Positions 60,901 through 64,000 of a stretch of 64,000 bases of DNA are shown here, piece by piece; the first letter of the stretch is position 1; the number at the start of each line of letters is the position of its first letter. Below the pieces are notes generated by a model, which saw only the letters and a list, made by a program, of their open reading frames with translations, was not told the DNA's origin and did not search any database. The translations under genes and the position numbers were made by a program. Origin of the DNA: a bacterium (GTDB lineage: Bacteria; Patescibacteriota; Patescibacteriia; JAACEG01); the NCBI GenBank assembly GCA_030641665.1, contig DAOWHA010000050.1, positions 2,632-66,631 of the forward strand, read 5' to 3'.

Positions 60901-62103
60901 TTAATCTTTTTTGTATTTTTTAATCAAATAATCGCGATTATCCCAAAAAAGTTTTGCTTGATTAACAATCTTTTTTTCGCAAATTTCAGACGATTTGTCT
61001 AATGTTGCTTTAAAAAAACTGATAAAACGACCAAAATACAGCGGTTTTAACGCTTCTACAATGTTATCCCCTAAATCTGTCTTATCATAAGCATAAATAG
61101 CGTCATATAAAATCTTGCACCACAATTCATCACTGATATTTATATCTTTTTTATTATACATTTTTTTAACTTTTTTAAAAACATCTTTGCTTAACACGGC
61201 GGCTAAAATATCCTCGCTTTCCTGAAAATTTAAAAGCGCCGTTTTTTTAATATTTTTATAATCAACATTTAATGTCTGCGGGGGCATCATAATATCACTG
61301 CCAAAATATGGAATATTCTTTTTGCTGCTGGCATTAAGCCATATTTTTCTATTTTCTTTTATAATTTCAAAAAGAGTGATTACGACTTGCGAAAACATAG
61401 AACTTAATTTCGGCGCGCTAGGCTTATGAATCTTGGCTCCCAATCCTGCTTGCGCGATTTTAAATCCTCCTAAAATCGCGTTCATTGTCATAAAAATATC
61501 AATCCCGTATTGATAGACAGTTTTATGCCATCGCTGTTTAAGCCAATATTCTAATAACTTAGACGAGAAAGAAAAATCTCCGCCGATCGGCTGCCTGATA
61601 TTATATCCAAATAATCCATAGATTAAAGGGTAGCAAATATTATTAGTGATTGTTCCGTCATATTCGCATCTTGAATAAAAAGGCGTTGCGTAATCAATGC
61701 CTTGCAATATTGGCGTTATCAGCCATTTAATCCATTCGGGTGATATGCTTTTTAAATCAGCGTCAACGACGACTATCGCCTGCGTTTTTAAATTTTTCGC
61801 GAATTTAAACAGATTATAAAAACCGTTGCCCTTGCCGGGCAGATTCGGCGGAGTGGAAATATATATTTTAGCGGTTTTCGTCTTGGCGCTTAAAAAAGCG
61901 CCTTTTGTGTTGTCCGGAGAGTTATGATCAACATTAATAATAACAGCTTTATATTGCTTGAAATATTTAGTTAGTCCTTTATCAATCTGTTCCGCGACAA
62001 AAAAAATATTGTCCGCTTCATTATACGACGGAATGCCAACAACTAAATCCGCCTGTTTTACTTTGCTTTTATTTATTATAATGTTTTCGCTTGTATTTAA
62101 CAT
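60901..62103 (-). CDS. GT-A fold glycosyltransferase (family 2-like) with C-terminal extension
   Basis: VGIPSYNEADNI N-terminal motif and VVDADL (DxD). 400 aa. Confidence 0.55.
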   Translation of the reverse strand: MLNTSENIIINKSKVKQADLVVGIPSYNEADNIFFVAEQIDKGLTKYFKQYKAVIINVDHNSPDNTKGAFLSAKTKTAKIYISTPPNLPGKGNGFYNLFKFAKNLKTQAIVVVDADLKSISPEWIKWLITPILQGIDYATPFYSRCEYDGTITNNICYPLIYGLFGYNIRQPIGGDFSFSSKLLEYWLKQRWHKTVYQYGIDIFMTMNAILGGFKIAQAGLGAKIHKPSAPKLSSMFSQVVITLFEIIKENRKIWLNASSKKNIPYFGSDIMMPPQTLNVDYKNIKKTALLNFQESEDILAAVLSKDVFKKVKKMYNKKDINISDELWCKILYDAIYAYDKTDLGDNIVEALKPLYFGRFISFFKATLDKSSEICEKKIVNQAKLFWDNRDYLIKKYKKD

Positions 62104-62164
62104 ATTTTCTGTAAATTACTAAAATATATAAATTACACTGTCCTTTTGAATAGTTTTCTCTTGT

Positions 62165-62323
62165 TGTCTTTGCAAGGAGCCGAACGAACGCAGTGAGAAA
62201 GAGCGACGAAGCAATCTCGTTACTGAGCGAACAAATCTATGATTATAAATCTTTTTGCGTAAGTAATGAGATTGCTTCGTCATTTCGTTCCGCTATCGCT
62301 CCGCTTCATTCCTCGCAAAGACA
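62165..62323. repeat. Nested palindromic element, copy 13; overlaps the 3' end of the downstream gene
   Basis: TGTCTTTGCAAGGAGCCGAACGAACGCAGTGAGAAAGAGCGACGAAGCAATCTCGTTACTGAGCGAACAAATCT...GATTGCTTCGTC...CATTCCTCGCAAAGACA. Confidence 0.9.
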
Positions 62324-62683
62324 ATCGACATCTTGTTTAATTTGGCTTTGAAGATCTTTAATATTAGTAAATTTTTTTATATTTCTTATTCTTTTAATAA
62401 TTGCTATTTTAATCGGCTTATTACTGATATCGAAAATAAAGTTTTTTAGAAGAAGTTCTAAAGAAATATTGTTAGCAAAGGTTTTTTTTGGTCCGAAATG
62501 CAGCAGCCCTTTATATATTTTATTATCAATATCGGCTTCAACTAAATACACTCCATAATTAATTTTTAAACTGATTTTGTCTAAATTTATAGTTGGAAAT
62601 CCGATTTTTTTTCCTATTCCTTCGCCTTTAACTGCTTTTGTGTTAAAAGAAAAATAATTTTCAGTAAAATTTTTTCTTGCCAT
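62306..62683 (-). CDS. Riboflavin kinase-domain protein (RibF C-terminal-like flavokinase)
   Basis: GEGIGKKIGFPTINL matches the flavokinase GxGxGxxxGFPTAN motif. Start at MARKNF. Last 6 codons (DVDCLCEE*) are encoded by the terminal arm of repeat copy 13. Confidence 0.65.
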   Translation of the reverse strand: MARKNFTENYFSFNTKAVKGEGIGKKIGFPTINLDKISLKINYGVYLVEADIDNKIYKGLLHFGPKKTFANNISLELLLKNFIFDISNKPIKIAIIKRIRNIKKFTNIKDLQSQIKQDVDCLCEE

Positions 62684-62843
62684 AAAATAAAAGGACTGTT
62701 TGCCGCGCAAATCTCAAGGGCTTGATTTTTTATATTTTTTTTGTAGAATAATTAATAACGATAAAATATTCAAAGAATTGAAAAAATGGTAAATTAAATT
62801 TAAATAGTCCGAAATCTGATATCTGAAATCTGATATCCGATAT

Positions 62844-62917
<74 letters not shown>

Positions 62918-63026
62918 CAATTTCAGATATCTGATATCGGAATTCAGATGTCGGATTATATTTAAATAATCCGAAATTCGATTTTTGAATTACTGATATT
63001 AAAAAATTAATCTTTATAGCAACTTT

Positions 63027-63287
63027 ATGACAATCACTGGGAGGATTATTTTCGGTTTAATCGGCATCGCTGTCGGTTATCTTTTTGTTCGATATTCTGA
63101 ATGGTTTTTTAGAACCATCGGATCTATCGGCTGGGCTGAAAAATGGCTTCATGGCGAAGGCGGAACGCGCCTTGTCTTAAAACTATTTGGAATTTTAATT
63201 ATCTTTTTGTCTTGTTTGATGATAACCGGACTCTTGGGCGGTTTTATGAGATGGCTGCTGTCGCCCCTAATAAACCTTTATCAGTAA
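63027..63287 (+). CDS. Hypothetical small membrane protein between tRNA genes
   Basis: 86 aa, two TM (IIFGLIGIAVGYLFV; LFGILIIFLSCLMITGLLGG). Confidence 0.35.
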   Translation: MTITGRIIFGLIGIAVGYLFVRYSEWFFRTIGSIGWAEKWLHGEGGTRLVLKLFGILIIFLSCLMITGLLGGFMRWLLSPLINLYQ

Positions 63288-63297
63288 AAATAATTGT

Positions 63298-63370
63298 GGG
63301 CGTATCCCGATTCGAACGGGAGGCCTCCACGATGTCACCGTGGCGCTCTAACCAACTGAGCTATACGCCC
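63298..63370 (-). tRNA. tRNA-Val(GAC): tRNA-Val (anticodon GAC)
   Basis: Sense GGGCGTATAGCTCAGTTGGTTAGAGCGCCACGGTGACATCGTGGAGGCCTCCCGTTCGAATCGGGATACGCCCA. Anticodon loop GTGACAT. Confidence 0.85.
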
Positions 63371-63435
63371 TTTCGGATTTCGGAATTCAGATGTCGGATA
63401 TCGGATTATATTTAAATAGTCTGACATCCGAAATG

Positions 63436-63508
63436 TGGGCATGGGAGGAATTGAACCTCCGACATCCACGTTATAAGCGTGGCGCTCTAACCGCTGAGCT
63501 ACATGCCC
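63436..63508 (-). tRNA. tRNA-Ile(UAU): tRNA-Ile with genomic anticodon TAT (UAU), AUA decoder
   Basis: Sense GGGCATGTAGCTCAGCGGTTAGAGCGCCACGCTTATAACGTGGATGTCGGAGGTTCAATTCCTCCCATGCCCA. Anticodon loop CTTATAA gives T34 A35 T36. Confidence 0.7.
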
Positions 63509-63603
63509 GTAGCAGATATCGGACTTCGGAAATCGGATATCGGACTATTTAAATTTAAAATTTAATTCTAACTCAAATTCATTATAGCACAATAAAAACT
63601 GCT

Positions 63604-63963
63604 TTAAAAACACTGCTTTAATTTTTCAATAACCGCTTTTTCTGTTTCAATTAAACTTTTATCAGGAGACGATAAAGTTAAAAAACTGTTATTGCCGCGA
63701 TAATCAAATTGGGATACGGCAGGCATAATGTCAATTTGGCTTCTGTTCTTTAAAATAACCTTTACTTCGCCATCTCTATTTTTATAAAAAAGAGCGGCAG
63801 CATTAAGTTTTGGAATATTCATAATCAACTCATCAATAATCAATTCCAAATGACTTTCGTCAGTGCCTGTTTTTATAAAATCTTCCGGCGTAATCAGCGA
63901 CCATGCAATGCCTTTGCTGGCGTCATCTTTGATGCGCGCCAGCACTCTTCCCCATAACTTCAA
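63604..63963 (-). CDS. Hypothetical protein, possibly the C-terminal (DHHA1-like) part of a larger protein whose N-terminus lies beyond the right edge
   Basis: 119-aa ORF from the first in-window Met. The frame is open toward the window edge. No firm motif. Confidence 0.3.
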   Translation of the reverse strand: MKLWGRVLARIKDDASKGIAWSLITPEDFIKTGTDESHLELIIDELIMNIPKLNAAALFYKNRDGEVKVILKNRSQIDIMPAVSQFDYRGNNSFLTLSSPDKSLIETEKAVIEKLKQCF

Positions 63964-64000
63964 AAGATTAACCGAATATATTTGGCATAAATTTTTAACG

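Overview
AT-rich (roughly one-third GC) bacterial chromosomal segment. The gene content is consistent with a reduced-genome, CPR/Patescibacteria-like organism; that is an inference from PilB/PilC, a DhnA-type aldolase, a complete F-type ATPase, small genes and giant Cys-rich surface proteins.

Main contents, left to right:
- Housekeeping genes: argS (runs off the left edge), a PGM/PMM-family mutase, a HAD phosphatase, a class-I aldolase, pilC-pilB, a GT4 glycosyltransferase, recO, a MiaB-family methylthiotransferase, miaA, dprA and a CPA2 antiporter.
- A complete F1Fo ATP synthase operon, atpI-B-E-F-H-A-G-D-[NYN]-C, on the minus strand.
- A small low-GC islet bounded by tRNA-Ser 3' end repeats, carrying a VRR-NUC nuclease gene and a tandem-repeat protein gene.
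- A tRNA-Ser hotspot with three truncated tRNA copies that all carry the same 40-nt double-hairpin insertion in the T-loop.
- tRNA-Arg abutting recG.
- An AbiL/PARIS-like AAA_21 ATPase plus RloB (TOPRIM) defence pair.
- radA.
- A minus-strand surface-protein locus: a 2096-aa protein with IPT/TIG domains and Myxococcus-type Cys-rich repeats, a 556-aa protein and a 2879-aa protein, plus a dockerin-like Ca-binding anchored protein.
- ddl, a GalT-like HIT-family protein, a GT2-like glycosyltransferase and a riboflavin-kinase-domain protein.
- tRNA-Ile(GAU), tRNA-Val(GAC) and an unusual tRNA-Ile(UAU).

The most striking signal is a family of 12 full copies plus 1 half copy of a ~140-190 bp nested palindromic element (outer arms TGTCTTTGCGAGGAG...CTCCTCGCAAAGACA, inner arms GACGAAGCAATC...GATTGCTTCGTC). 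It fills nearly every intergenic spacer of the atp operon and flanks each giant-protein gene.

A second family, heptamer (TCGGAWN)n repeats, flanks the tRNAs and sits in frame inside atpA, recG and the MiaB-like gene.

Two of the giant proteins share a near-identical N-terminal module: signal peptide, two TM helices with a GG loop, then a Gly-rich linker. Its topology resembles VirB2/TrbC pilin.
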